From an uncultured Desulfobacterales bacterium (GTDB taxonomy: Bacteria > Desulfobacterota > DSM-4660 > Desulfatiglandales > HGW-15): a stretch of DNA of 64,000 nucleotides. The stretch covers positions 70,935 to 134,934 of the forward strand of contig CAZYJR010000006.1 of assembly GCA_964647905.1 (NCBI GenBank), written 5' to 3'. The notes under the pieces were generated by a model that saw nothing but the letters and a program-made list of their open reading frames with translations, did not search any database and was not told the origin of the DNA. Positions 30,472 through 40,041 of this stretch are shown here, in pieces; the first letter of the stretch is position 1, and every line of letters begins with the position of its first letter. Position numbers and translations under genes: made by a program.

Positions 30472-31374
30472 CTAGTTGAGGATGTACCTGCGGGGGTCCA
30501 CCGGGACGCCGTTGAGGTGGACCTCGTAATGGAGATGCGGCCCCGTAGTGCGCCCCGTCGCCCCCACCAGGGCTATCTCTTGGCCGCGCTTCACGTACTC
30601 GCCCTTCTTCACCAGGACCTCGCTCAAATGGGCGTATTTGGTCTTGAGGCCGTTGCCGTGGACCATGGTGAGGGTCTTTCCGTAGCCGTAGTTCGACCCG
30701 ACTCTCCCTATCATCCCGTCGGCCGGGGCCACGATCGGGGTCTTCATGGGCGCGCAGATGTCCAGCCCCTGGTGAAACTCCTCCTTCTCGGTGAAGGGCG
30801 ATGTCCTGGGACCGAACCCCGAGCTCACCCACCCCTTGGTGGGCCAGATGGAAGGGGTGGACCTGAGCATGGCCTTTTGGTCCTCGAGGTAGTCGTAGAG
30901 CTCTTTTTTCTCCCCTATTTGAACCTCCACCTCTTCCTTGAGACTGTCCAGGCTCTGATGCATGAGCCTTACAAGGCTCCTATGGGCCCTATCCTGGGCT
31001 TCGCTTGCATCGAATATATCCGGATCCGATCCCCCTATGCCCACAAATTGCCTTCCGCCTTCACTCTGATCCTTGTTGACCATGACCTTCAACTTCTCGT
31101 CAAAGGCGCGCATCTCCCCCACCTGCTGTGCTATATCCTGTATCTTCTGCGAGAGGGCCAGGAGCTGGACCTTTTGCTGCCGGTTCTCTTTCCGCAGCCT
31201 GCTGAGCTGGGGGATCTCGCCCTTTACCGCCTGGTAGTCCGTCAGCACCCAGGCGAGGAGGGCGGCCGAGCAAAGGGCCAAGAGGATGGAGAAGGTTATC
31301 ATGAAACGGGGGAGCTTTATCTGGCGTACCGTCCGCGCTCCGTCGGAGAGGAACATGATGGTGATCTTTTTCAC
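30472..31374 (-). CDS. M23-family murein endopeptidase with N-terminal membrane anchor and coiled coil
   Basis: HQGLDICAP and GPHLHYEVHLNG are LytM motifs. Start proposed at GTG 31374 (VKKITIMFL..), preceded by GAGAGG; the track ORF extends further upstream. Confidence 0.8.
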   Translation of the reverse strand: MKKITIMFLSDGARTVRQIKLPRFMITFSILLALCSAALLAWVLTDYQAVKGEIPQLSRLRKENRQQKVQLLALSQKIQDIAQQVGEMRAFDEKLKVMVNKDQSEGGRQFVGIGGSDPDIFDASEAQDRAHRSLVRLMHQSLDSLKEEVEVQIGEKKELYDYLEDQKAMLRSTPSIWPTKGWVSSGFGPRTSPFTEKEEFHQGLDICAPMKTPIVAPADGMIGRVGSNYGYGKTLTMVHGNGLKTKYAHLSEVLVKKGEYVKRGQEIALVGATGRTTGPHLHYEVHLNGVPVDPRRYILN

Positions 31375-31459
31375 GGTCGATGACCTCTCTTGAGAGTCCC
31401 GATAAACGGGGATCAAAGGGCAAAAAAGGGCGGAGAAGCAAAATTGTTGGAGGGGTTTA

Positions 31460-33325
31460 TCACACCCCCAGGCCATTGTCAACCCTATCGCCATCCTCGG
31501 CCAGGGCCTGCAAGATGTCCCTTGCCATGCGGAGGCTAACCCCGGGTAAGGCCGAAATGTCCTCGGGCGCGCTTGACGCGAGGGTTTCCACATCACCGAA
31601 TCGGCTCAAGAGGAGGCTCTTTTTCCTGGGGCCTATCCCGGGCACGGAATCCAGCCTGGAGGACTTCATGTCCTTCCCCCTCAGCTTGCGGTGGTGCCCC
31701 ACGGCCCGCCGGTGCGCCTCGTCCCTGACCCGCATCAGGAATCGGAGCACCGGGCTCTCAGGGCCCAGGGAGAGCGGGTTCTTCCTGCCCGGGATGAAGA
31801 CCTTGTCGGCGCGCTCGCCCAGGCTTTCGTCCCGCTTGGCAATGGCGGCCACAGCGGGCCCGCCCGGCCCCATGACTTCTTCCACCACCCTGGCCACCGC
31901 AGCCAGGTGCCCACGGCCCCCGTCCACCAGGAGGAGATCCGGGGGATCTCCCTTGTCCAGACGCCTGGCCGCCACCTCGGCCATCATCCCGTAGTCGTCT
32001 ATACCGCCCAGTCCCTTGATCCGGTAGCTCCGGTATCCGGGCTTATAAGGCCTGCCGCCCCTGAAGGATACCACGGCGCCCACCGCTGTCCGCCCCTGGA
32101 TATTGGAGATATCCATGCCCTCTATCCTCTCAGGGACCTCTTCCAGGCGGAGGGCCTCTTTGACCCGCTCCATGAGCTCAGCCCCTTCCCCTCCCGCGGA
32201 CGCCCTCAATAGATTCCTGGCGTTGGCCTCGGCCATCTTCACCAGCTCGAGCTTCTCCCCCCTCCGGGGCCGGTGTATGAGGACCCGGCGGCCGGCCAGA
32301 TCCGTCAGCCATGCCTGGATCGAGTCCATGTCGCCCATCTCACGGTTAACCAGCACCCTCTTGGGCACAAAGGCCCCGCGGGCATAGTACTGCTTGACAA
32401 AGGCCTCCATTATCTCGGCCCGGGAGGCGCCAGGGGCCTTGAAGGAGTAGTCCCGCGTCCCGGCCAACGCCCCCTTCCTGACGTGTAGCACCACCACCCG
32501 TAAGGAGCCGTTTCCTCCCTCCACCGCGACTGCGTCCCGGTCCTCCATGGAATGGGATACCACGTGCTGGCGTTCGATGGTCCTCTCCACAGCCCGAATC
32601 CGATCCCTCATGCGGGCGGCCTTCTCGAATTCCAGGGCCTCGGAGGCCGACTTCATCCGCTCTCTCAGCTTGGCCACCAGCTCCCTGTTCCTGCCCTCCA
32701 GGAAGAGCCGCACCTCTTCCACATACTCCCGGTAGGCCTCGGGCGGGACGTCCCTGGTGCAGGGGGCCGGGCAGCGCCCCAGTTGGTGGTTCAGGCAGGG
32801 CCGCGAGCGCTTGGGCGGATTGCTCCCCTTGCATTTGCGCAAGGGGAAGACGGTCTCGATCAGCCTGAGGGTGGAGTGCACCGCGCCCGCGGAAGAAAAC
32901 GGCCCGAAGTACAGGGCCCCGTCCTTCCTTATGCGGCGGACCACTCTGAGCCCGGGGTAGGTCTCCTTGGGGTCCAGGCGCACCCAAGGATACCTCTTGT
33001 CGTCCCTCAGGATCACGTTGTACCGGGGCTGATGCCTCTTGACCAGGGTATCCTCGAGGATGAAGGCCTCGTTCTCCGTGGCGGTCAGGATGGTCTCCAG
33101 CCCGGCCGCCCTTTCCATCATCAGGCGGGTCTTCACCGGGTGCTCGCCCGGGGGCTTGAAGTAGCTCAGCACCCGCTTCCGCAAATCCTTGGCCTTGCCC
33201 ACGTAGATGATGCGCCCGTCGCGGTCCTTGAAAAGATAGACCCCGGGCTCGCCGGGCAGGGTCTCCCGGAGCCGATCAGGGTCCAGGCCGTATTGGGATG
33301 CGGATGAATCTTGGGGGGCTGTCAC
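31460..33325 (-). CDS. uvrC: excinuclease ABC subunit C
   Basis: 621 aa. GIY-YIG motif GVYLFKDRDGRIIYVGKAKDLRKRV, and C-terminal (HhH)2 SRLDSVPGIGPRKKSLLLSRFG. Confidence 0.9.
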   Translation of the reverse strand: MTAPQDSSASQYGLDPDRLRETLPGEPGVYLFKDRDGRIIYVGKAKDLRKRVLSYFKPPGEHPVKTRLMMERAAGLETILTATENEAFILEDTLVKRHQPRYNVILRDDKRYPWVRLDPKETYPGLRVVRRIRKDGALYFGPFSSAGAVHSTLRLIETVFPLRKCKGSNPPKRSRPCLNHQLGRCPAPCTRDVPPEAYREYVEEVRLFLEGRNRELVAKLRERMKSASEALEFEKAARMRDRIRAVERTIERQHVVSHSMEDRDAVAVEGGNGSLRVVVLHVRKGALAGTRDYSFKAPGASRAEIMEAFVKQYYARGAFVPKRVLVNREMGDMDSIQAWLTDLAGRRVLIHRPRRGEKLELVKMAEANARNLLRASAGGEGAELMERVKEALRLEEVPERIEGMDISNIQGRTAVGAVVSFRGGRPYKPGYRSYRIKGLGGIDDYGMMAEVAARRLDKGDPPDLLLVDGGRGHLAAVARVVEEVMGPGGPAVAAIAKRDESLGERADKVFIPGRKNPLSLGPESPVLRFLMRVRDEAHRRAVGHHRKLRGKDMKSSRLDSVPGIGPRKKSLLLSRFGDVETLASSAPEDISALPGVSLRMARDILQALAEDGDRVDNGLGV

Positions 33326-33394
33326 TTGTCTTCTTGCTCGACTAGACCGGTATCACGCTGATACCCGGGAACACGACCACCCGGGCCAAAAAAT

Positions 33395-34006
33395 TCATGC
33401 AAAGGGGAGCCTCTTTACCATCAGCGCCAAGTCCCGGTAGCCGCCGTCCCTATCCTTGACGAAATCCCTCAGCACCGCCTCCCTCAGGAAGCCGAGCGTT
33501 TCCACCCCGCGCATCAAGGAGGCGTCTCTTCCCTCCACCAAGCGCATCAGGAGTCGCTCCAGGCCCATGGACATGGCGGCGTTTATCAGGTCCAGGAGCA
33601 TCCAGGTCCCCAGCCTCTTCTCCCGATAGGCCGGTATCACCGAGGTCTGTATCCTCCCCACGTGCCCCTCGGCCCCCGGCCGCTCCCTGATCAGGGCGGC
33701 CGCGGCTATCATCTCCCTCTCCAGCAAGGCCGAGACCGTGAACACCCTGTCCCGGCCCGTGGCCCCCACCCACCTCTCCACGAACCCTGCCACGGGCCCG
33801 CCCAGGCCGAGGAACCATCGGTCTTCCTCGGTCAGACGCTCGAGCATCCTCTCGAGCATGGGCCCGTCCGATGAACCGAGCGGCCTGAGGGTCACCCCTC
33901 TTCCATCCCTCAGGATAACCTCCTTGGGATAGTCCTTTGCCACGTGTATCAGAGGGCACTCCACCGCCGCCATGCCTCCCGTTTGCGTAGGGACAGTCAA
34001 ATCCAT
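33395..34006 (-). CDS. GNAT-family N-acetyltransferase (probable)
   Basis: 203 aa. YREKRLGTWMLLDLINAAMSMGLERL resembles GNAT motif A. Weak call made by eye. Confidence 0.55.
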   Translation of the reverse strand: MDLTVPTQTGGMAAVECPLIHVAKDYPKEVILRDGRGVTLRPLGSSDGPMLERMLERLTEEDRWFLGLGGPVAGFVERWVGATGRDRVFTVSALLEREMIAAAALIRERPGAEGHVGRIQTSVIPAYREKRLGTWMLLDLINAAMSMGLERLLMRLVEGRDASLMRGVETLGFLREAVLRDFVKDRDGGYRDLALMVKRLPFA

Positions 34007-34092
34007 GCTTGCGCGGCTTCAGGGTAAGTGATACGTAAGAACCCAGTCAAGCCAATTGTCCCCGCCCGGCCTCGGGCGGGGGGAGAGGTGGA

Positions 34093-35085
34093 TTGAATAC
34101 ATTATACCTCATTCGCCTTGCGGTTCTCATCCCGGCCGCGGCCGTACTCCTCTCCTGCGCCGCGCCGGGCAGGCCACGCATCCCTGAGGCCAGGGTCCCT
34201 GGAGTGCAGGGAAGCTTCCGGGCCGGCGACATAGTGGATCTGCACCGGGGAGAGGCGATCTCTTTCCCCACACTGCTCGAAAGGCTCGCCCCCCACGACT
34301 TGGTGTTCGTGGGCGAGGTCCACGACCAGGCCGAGCACCACCTGATACAGGTACAGCTCCTCCAGGGGCTCATGGAGCAGGGCCGCCCGGTGGTGGTGGC
34401 CATGGAGTGCTTCCGCAGCCACCAGCAGAACGCGGTGGACCGCCACCTGAGCGGGGCCCTGCCTGAAGAGGCATTCCTGGAACAGGTGGATTGGGACTCC
34501 GGTTGGGGATTCCCATACCGCTTCTACCGCCCGCTGGTATCCCTGGCAAGGGAGAACCGAGCCCGGGTCCTGGCCATGAACGTCCCCCGGGAGCTGGTGA
34601 GCAAGGTGGCCAGGGCGGGCCTCAAGGGCCTCACTGACCGGGAGCGGGCCCGGCTCCCGAGGGACATAGACCTGACCGACCGGGAGCACCGCAGGTACGT
34701 TCGGGAGGCCTACCTCATGCACGACCGGGCCGGGATCCCGGACTTCGATTTCTTCTACGAAGCCCAGTGCGTTTACGACGAGGCCATGGCCGAGCGGCTG
34801 GCGCGGTACTTCGAGGAGGAGGGGCGGCACCGGGCCAAGGTGGCGGCCTTTGCCGGGAACGGACACCTGATCCGGAGGGGGATCCCGGACCGCGTCACCA
34901 GGCGCACGCCGGTCTCAGCGGTCATAGTCCTGCCCTACCCCCTGGGGGAGGATATCGCCGTTGACAGCGGGGCGGCGCATTTCCTGTGGCTGACCCCTCC
35001 CTGCAACCGCGGCAGACCGGAGGGGAAGGAAAGCGCAAAGGACACTCTTGCGCCGAGTTCCGGATCCGACCATGAAAGAAAGTGA
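34093..35085 (+). CDS. ChaN-like haem-binding lipoprotein (Tiki/ChaN fold)
   Basis: TTG start. Lipobox LLSCAAP. DLVFVGEVHDQAEHH and AFAGNGH motifs are typical of ChaN/Cofac_haem_bdg proteins. Confidence 0.65.
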   Translation: MNTLYLIRLAVLIPAAAVLLSCAAPGRPRIPEARVPGVQGSFRAGDIVDLHRGEAISFPTLLERLAPHDLVFVGEVHDQAEHHLIQVQLLQGLMEQGRPVVVAMECFRSHQQNAVDRHLSGALPEEAFLEQVDWDSGWGFPYRFYRPLVSLARENRARVLAMNVPRELVSKVARAGLKGLTDRERARLPRDIDLTDREHRRYVREAYLMHDRAGIPDFDFFYEAQCVYDEAMAERLARYFEEEGRHRAKVAAFAGNGHLIRRGIPDRVTRRTPVSAVIVLPYPLGEDIAVDSGAAHFLWLTPPCNRGRPEGKESAKDTLAPSSGSDHERK

Positions 35086-35593
35086 CTCGTTCAAGTTCTG
35101 CCCCTTGTGCGGGGGCGGGCTGGAGGTCAGGTCCCTCAAGGAAGGCGAGCCCGACAGGCTGGTCTGTACCGCCTGCCGGAGCCCTCACTACCTGGACCCC
35201 AAGCTCGTCTCCTGCTCCATAGTGGAGACCGGCGGCGGGATAGTGCTCCTGAGGCGGGGGATCCGGCCCGGTGCCGGCCTTTGGGTCATGCCGGGTGGCT
35301 TCGTGGACAGAGGCGAGACAGTGGAAGGGGCCGCGATCAGGGAGACCAGGGAGGAGTGCGGGCTGGAGATCAGGATATCCGGCCTGCTGGGGGTGTACTC
35401 CTATCCGGGGGAGCCGGTGGTGGTGGTGGCCTTCAGGGCGGCCAGGGCGGCGGGGGAGCTGGTGGCCGGGGACGAGACCCTGGAATCCCGCATATACAAG
35501 CCCGAGGACATCCCCTGGGAGGCCCTTGCATTCCCAAGCACCAGGGATGCCTTGGTTACATACTTGGAGGAAAAGGGTCAGCAATGGAGCTGA
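35072..35593 (+). CDS. NUDIX hydrolase with N-terminal zinc ribbon
   Basis: CPLCGG..CTAC ribbon. Nudix box GGFVDRGETVEGAAIRETREECGL. Confidence 0.8.
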   Translation: MKESDSFKFCPLCGGGLEVRSLKEGEPDRLVCTACRSPHYLDPKLVSCSIVETGGGIVLLRRGIRPGAGLWVMPGGFVDRGETVEGAAIRETREECGLEIRISGLLGVYSYPGEPVVVVAFRAARAAGELVAGDETLESRIYKPEDIPWEALAFPSTRDALVTYLEEKGQQWS

Positions 35594-36876
35594 GACCGGA
35601 GAGAATAGCCGATCTGGGGGCCGAGGAGCGGCGGTCGCTGATCAGACGGTCCATGGAGGACATATCCTCGATCTACGATTATGTGCGGGATCTGGTAAGG
35701 GACGTAAGAGAGAGGGGCGACCGGGCGGTGATCGAGGGCCATCTGGGGATGGACCAGGCGCTTTCCCTGCAAACCCTGGAGATAACAGGAGACGAGATCA
35801 AGGACGCCTACAAGAGGGTGGAGAGCGACGTGGTGGAAGCCCTCAGGGCCGCCGCCCGCAACATCACCGCGTTCCACCGGGCTCAACTGGAAAGATCCAT
35901 GTGGTCGGTGGAAGTCGCACCGGGCATTCTGGCCGGCAGGGTCACCAGGCCCATTGAGAGCGTGGGCTGCTATATCCCGGGCGGGCGGGCGGCCTACCCC
36001 AGCACCACCCTGATGACCGTCCTCCCCGCCAGGGCGGCCGGGGTGGACCTGGTCTCGGCGGCCACCCCCCCGGACCGCGGGGGAGCGGTGGCCACGGAGA
36101 CGCTTGTCGCTCTGGACATAGCCGGGTGCGACCGGATCTTTCGCATGGGCGGTCCGTGGGCTGTGGCCGCCCTGGCTTACGGGACCGAGTCCGTACCCGG
36201 GGTGGACAAGATCGTAGGACCCGGCAACAAATACGTTACCGCCGCCAAGATGGCGGTCTTCGGGGAGGTGGGGATCGACTCCCCGGCCGGGCCGAGCGAG
36301 TCCCTGATACTGGCGGACGATACCGCGGAGTGCGAGTGGGTATCACTGGACTTCCTCAGCCAGACCGAGCACGACCCGGATTCCGCGGCGATCCTGGCGA
36401 CCACGTCCGAGGACCTGGCGCTCGGGGTGTGCGAGTGGATCAACAAGGCGCTGGGCTCCCTTCCCAGGCGGGAGATAGTGGAGCGGTCCTTGTCCTCCCA
36501 CTGCCGCGTCCTCCTGGCAAGTGATATGGATGAGGCCGTGGATTTCGCCAATGAGTACGCGCCGGAGCACCTCCAGCTGGTCTGCAGGGACCCCTTTATC
36601 GTCCTCAACCGGATCAGACACGCGGGCTCCATATTCCTGGGGCCTTACGCCCCGGTGCCGGCCGGCGACTATGCCTCGGGCACCAACCACGTGCTCCCCA
36701 CCGGCCGGGCCGCGCGCATGTTCTCCGGCCTCTCGGTGGACGACTTTCTCAAGCGGCCCACTTTCCAGTACCTGAGCCGCGAGGGCCTGAGGAGCATCCA
36801 AGGAACGGTCACCACCCTGGCCGAGGCCGAGGGCTTGTTGCTCCACGCCCGCGCGGTCAGGGCCAGGTTCTCGTGA
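35584..36876 (+). CDS. hisD: histidinol dehydrogenase
   Basis: Start set at ATG 35584 (MELRPERI..). The upstream 159 codons of the track ORF are an off-frame overlap of the NUDIX gene. The conserved QTEHDPDS and HLQL motif regions are present. Confidence 0.9.
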   Translation: MELRPERIADLGAEERRSLIRRSMEDISSIYDYVRDLVRDVRERGDRAVIEGHLGMDQALSLQTLEITGDEIKDAYKRVESDVVEALRAAARNITAFHRAQLERSMWSVEVAPGILAGRVTRPIESVGCYIPGGRAAYPSTTLMTVLPARAAGVDLVSAATPPDRGGAVATETLVALDIAGCDRIFRMGGPWAVAALAYGTESVPGVDKIVGPGNKYVTAAKMAVFGEVGIDSPAGPSESLILADDTAECEWVSLDFLSQTEHDPDSAAILATTSEDLALGVCEWINKALGSLPRREIVERSLSSHCRVLLASDMDEAVDFANEYAPEHLQLVCRDPFIVLNRIRHAGSIFLGPYAPVPAGDYASGTNHVLPTGRAARMFSGLSVDDFLKRPTFQYLSREGLRSIQGTVTTLAEAEGLLLHARAVRARFS

Positions 36877-36996
36877 CGATCGAAGCAGGGGCCCAACGGC
36901 CTTGAACTGTGTGACCATCCATGCTAAAGACGACCTCGCAAGGAGCTTTCCAGGGTCGTCGTTCGCTTCTCAACCAAGAAAAGGAGGGCAAGGCTT

Positions 36997-37434
36997 ATGG
37001 CGGAGATCAAAGGCTACAACATGCCGGACGAGCTCTACTACCACGAGGAGCATAGCTGGGCCCGGGTGGACGGAAACAGAGTCACGGTGGGCATGAACGA
37101 CTTCTTCCAGAAGGAAGCCGGGGACATCGTGTTCGTGGACCTCCCTGAGGAGGAGGAAGAGGTGAGCCAGGGCGAGGTCTGCGGGAAGATTCAATCCAGG
37201 AAGTGGATCGGGAAGCTGGTGGCCCCGGTATCCGGCGAGATAGTGGAGGTGAACGAGGACCTCGAGGAGGACACCAGCCTGATCAACTCAGACCCCTACG
37301 GCAAGGGCTGGATCCTGGTGATAGAGGCAGAGGACCTGGAATCCGAGCTGGAGAACCTGATGCAGGGACAGGCGCTGGCCGATTTCCTGGAAAAGGAGAT
37401 ACGGCGGGCCGAGGAGGAAAAGGCCAAGGGTTAG
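36997..37434 (+). CDS. gcvH: glycine-cleavage H-like lipoyl carrier protein
   Basis: 145 aa. HSWARV..VTVGMNDF, and lipoyl-Lys context IQSRKWIGKLVAPVSGEIVEVN..PYGKGW aligning to ESVKA..APVSGEV. Confidence 0.85.
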   Translation: MAEIKGYNMPDELYYHEEHSWARVDGNRVTVGMNDFFQKEAGDIVFVDLPEEEEEVSQGEVCGKIQSRKWIGKLVAPVSGEIVEVNEDLEEDTSLINSDPYGKGWILVIEAEDLESELENLMQGQALADFLEKEIRRAEEEKAKG

Positions 37435-37441
37435 CCGGATC

Positions 37442-38512
37442 ATGAGCGAGACGTGGCGTTTTTTCAGGGATTGGGGCCGTCCGCTTTCCACCGCGGAGGG
37501 GCTGGCCGTGGACGACACCCTGCCCCGATCGGTGGAGGAGCAAGGCTCACCGCCCGTCCTTCACCTCTACAGCTTCGTCCCCTCGGCCATAGCGGGCAAG
37601 TACCAGGACATTGAAGCGGCCCTGGACCTGGAGCGGTGCGAGGCCCGGGGGATCGAGTACAACCGCCGGAGCACCGGCGGGGGCACGGTGATAATGGGGC
37701 CCGACGTGGTCTCGCTGGGCCTGGGCATCAACATGGACCACCCCGGACTGGGAGGCGGCGGCGTAGCCGGGGTCTTTGCATCCCTCAGCAAGGCCCTGGC
37801 CGGTGCCTTGGAGCAGTTCGGAATCAGGGCGGCCTTTCGGCCCAAGAACGATCTTGAGGTGGAAGGCCGAAAGATTGCGGGGCTCTCGGCCGCCTCCGAG
37901 GCCGGCAAGAGCCTCCTCTTCCACACCTCCCTGCTGGTGGATTTCGATCTCGAACTCATGTCCGATATCATGCGGACGCCGGCTGCCAAGCTGAGCGACA
38001 AGGGCTACAACTGCTTCAGCAGGCGTATGACCACGGTGAGGGAGGAAGCGGGCCGGGACGTGGAGGTGGACGAAGTGATAGAGGCCGTGGCCGTGGCCTT
38101 TGAGGAGCACTTCGGGATCCGGTTCCGGCCGGACGGGCCGGACACATGGGAGAGAAGGACCATCTGCGGGTTGATGGAGGAGAGATACACCAACCGGGAG
38201 TGGGTCTTTTCCTACAAGCACCCGCGCTCGCGAATGGGCGTGGGAAGGCTAAAGACCCCGGGAGGGCTCCTGGAGATATATCTCTCCCTGGCCGGGGCCT
38301 CCATAGAGAACGTGGTTATAACAGGGGACTTCTTCTCCACCACCGGGGACGTCAATCTACTGGAGAGCGCCCTCAGGTGGACCACCGCCCAGGAGCAAAG
38401 GATCTCGGAGAACCTGAGCCGGGTGTGGCGGGAGGACATGATATACGGGGTGGACGTCCCCACCTTGACAAAGGCCGTGCTCCTGGCCAAGGAAAACCAG
38501 GTGCGGCTCTGA
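37442..38512 (+). CDS. lplA: lipoate-protein ligase family protein (BPL/LPL catalytic domain)
   Basis: 356 aa. RRSTGGGTVIMGP and GRKIAGLSA motifs are characteristic of LplA/LipB-type ligases. Confidence 0.8.
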   Translation: MSETWRFFRDWGRPLSTAEGLAVDDTLPRSVEEQGSPPVLHLYSFVPSAIAGKYQDIEAALDLERCEARGIEYNRRSTGGGTVIMGPDVVSLGLGINMDHPGLGGGGVAGVFASLSKALAGALEQFGIRAAFRPKNDLEVEGRKIAGLSAASEAGKSLLFHTSLLVDFDLELMSDIMRTPAAKLSDKGYNCFSRRMTTVREEAGRDVEVDEVIEAVAVAFEEHFGIRFRPDGPDTWERRTICGLMEERYTNREWVFSYKHPRSRMGVGRLKTPGGLLEIYLSLAGASIENVVITGDFFSTTGDVNLLESALRWTTAQEQRISENLSRVWREDMIYGVDVPTLTKAVLLAKENQVRL

Positions 38513-38525
38513 GGACTGGATTGAA

Positions 38526-39638
38526 ATGCCGGGCGTTTCTATTTTGCAAAGGACGGATGCCGAAAGGGTGAGGCCCGCCGCAGAGGCGCGGAGCCCGGAG
38601 GCGGTCAAGATAAGCCTCGCCTCGGCCATCTCCCTGGGCCTGGCCCGGGGCCGAATGTACAGGGGCGCGGTCAACCGCTGCGTGAACCTCCTGGTCCACT
38701 ACCCCGAAGGGTGCTCGGCCAATTGCGCCTACTGCGGTCTGGCCGACAAGCGCCCGGGCAGGTACCGGGACAAGAGCTTCATCCACGTGGCATGGCCGGT
38801 CTTTCATATGGACGAAATCGTGGAGGCGATCCAGGCCGCACCGGGCTATGTAAAGCGCACCTGCATATCCATGATCACCAACGGAAGATGCCGCAAGGAC
38901 ACAATCTACATGGCCGAGCGGCTGACCCGGGAGACAGACCCGCCCCTTTCCGTCCTGATCAGCCCCACGCTGCTGGAAAAGGACGACCTCAAGGCCCTGA
39001 GGGATGCCGGAGCGGACAAGATAGGAGTCGCATTGGACCTCGCTACGCCGGAGCTCTTCGACCGGTACCGGGGAACAGGCGTCTCCGGCCCCCACCGCTG
39101 GGACAAATACTGGCGGATCCTGGAGCAGGGTCTTGAAATCTTCGGCCCCACAAACGTGGGGGCGCACCTCATGGTCGGGATGGGAGAGACAGAGGAGCAG
39201 ATGGTTACACTAATGGAGAGGCTTTGGGGCATGGGTGCGGCCAATCACCTCTTCTCCTTCCTGGCCGAGGAGGACTCCGCCCTGGCCGACCGCCCTCAGC
39301 CCCCTTGGCCCGTATACCTGAGGGTTCAACTCGCCCGATACCTTATAGAAGAAGGAATCGCAGGCACCGGGGACATGACCTTCGACCCCAGGGGCCGCAT
39401 CAGGGACTTCGGGCTGCCCCGGGAAGAGCTCACGGAGATAATAGGCCTCAGCACCCCGTTCATGACCACCGGCTGCCTGGGCCCGGACGGAGAGGTGGCG
39501 TGCAACCGCCCGTTCGGCAACTGCCTCCCGGACGTCCGCCAGTGGAACTACCCCTACCTGCCGAACCACGAGGAGACCGAGCTGATCAAACGGCACATCA
39601 TGGATCTCCAGAAAATCCCTTTGACAGAATCATTTTGA
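38526..39638 (+). CDS. radical SAM protein (candidate lipoyl synthase of the LipS type or BioB-like)
   Basis: 370 aa. CSANCAYC (CxxxCxxC) cluster motif. TIM-barrel-like core with GMGETEEQ. Additional C-terminal cysteines (TTGCLGPDGEVACNRPFGNC). Confidence 0.7.
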   Translation: MPGVSILQRTDAERVRPAAEARSPEAVKISLASAISLGLARGRMYRGAVNRCVNLLVHYPEGCSANCAYCGLADKRPGRYRDKSFIHVAWPVFHMDEIVEAIQAAPGYVKRTCISMITNGRCRKDTIYMAERLTRETDPPLSVLISPTLLEKDDLKALRDAGADKIGVALDLATPELFDRYRGTGVSGPHRWDKYWRILEQGLEIFGPTNVGAHLMVGMGETEEQMVTLMERLWGMGAANHLFSFLAEEDSALADRPQPPWPVYLRVQLARYLIEEGIAGTGDMTFDPRGRIRDFGLPREELTEIIGLSTPFMTTGCLGPDGEVACNRPFGNCLPDVRQWNYPYLPNHEETELIKRHIMDLQKIPLTESF

Positions 39639-39649
39639 CATGATATGTA
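39621..39649 (+). promoter_or_regulatory. possible sigma-70 promoter for the tRNA genes
   Basis: TTGACA (39621-39626), a 17-nt spacer, then TATGTA (39644-39649), about 12 nt before tRNA-Lys. It overlaps the 3' end of the radical SAM gene. Confidence 0.35.
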
Positions 39650-39661
39650 TTAAAGTTTACG

Positions 39662-39738
39662 GGGCCGTTAGCTCAGCCAGGTAGAGCAGCGGACTTTTAA
39701 TCCGTTGGCCACAGGTTCGATTCCTGTACGGCCCACCA
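39662..39738 (+). tRNA. tRNA-Lys (anticodon UUU), CCA encoded
   Basis: Acceptor GGGCCGT/ACGGCCC, D stem GCTC/GAGC, anticodon loop CTTTTAA, T arm ACAGG-TTCGATT-CCTGT, discriminator A, then CCA. Confidence 0.9.
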
Positions 39739-39845
39739 GAGAGCAAACGGGCCTCGACAGACGCCCGAGCGGCACTTGACATATATGGACTTTGACGGGA
39801 TGACCTCCCGGCGATGGCCATAACCGCAGTCCTTCCTACAACTGC

Positions 39846-39923
39846 GTCCCCATCGTCTAGCCAGGTCCAGGACACCGGCCTTTCACGCCGGCGACAGGGG
39901 TTCAAATCCCCTTGGGGACGCCA
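39846..39923 (+). tRNA. tRNA-Glu (anticodon UUC), CCA encoded
   Basis: GTCCCCATCGTCTAGCCAGGTCCAGGACACCGGCCTTTCACGCCGGCGACAGGGGTTCAAATCCCCTTGGGGACGCCA is near-colinear with the classic bacterial tRNA-Glu. Anticodon loop is CTTTCAC. Confidence 0.9.
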
Positions 39924-40012
39924 AATAATTTCAAGGAGTTGCGCGATGTGCAGCCCCTTTTTTATTCCACCCCGTTTCGATTTCCAACCCTATTTCCAAC
40001 CCTGGAAAGGGA

Positions 40013-40041
40013 TTGACACCCAGGCTCAACCGCAGTAGACT
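40013..40041 (+). promoter_or_regulatory. sigma-70-like promoter upstream of the riboswitch
   Basis: TTGACA (40013-40018), a 17-nt spacer, then TAGACT (40036-40041). The riboswitch P1 begins about 10 nt downstream. Confidence 0.45.

Noticed and set aside
35107-35583. 5' extension of the hisD ORF (track start 35107)
   Set aside because: This stretch is an alternative frame of the NUDIX gene with Arg/Gly-rich nonsense. HisD homology starts at Met 35584.
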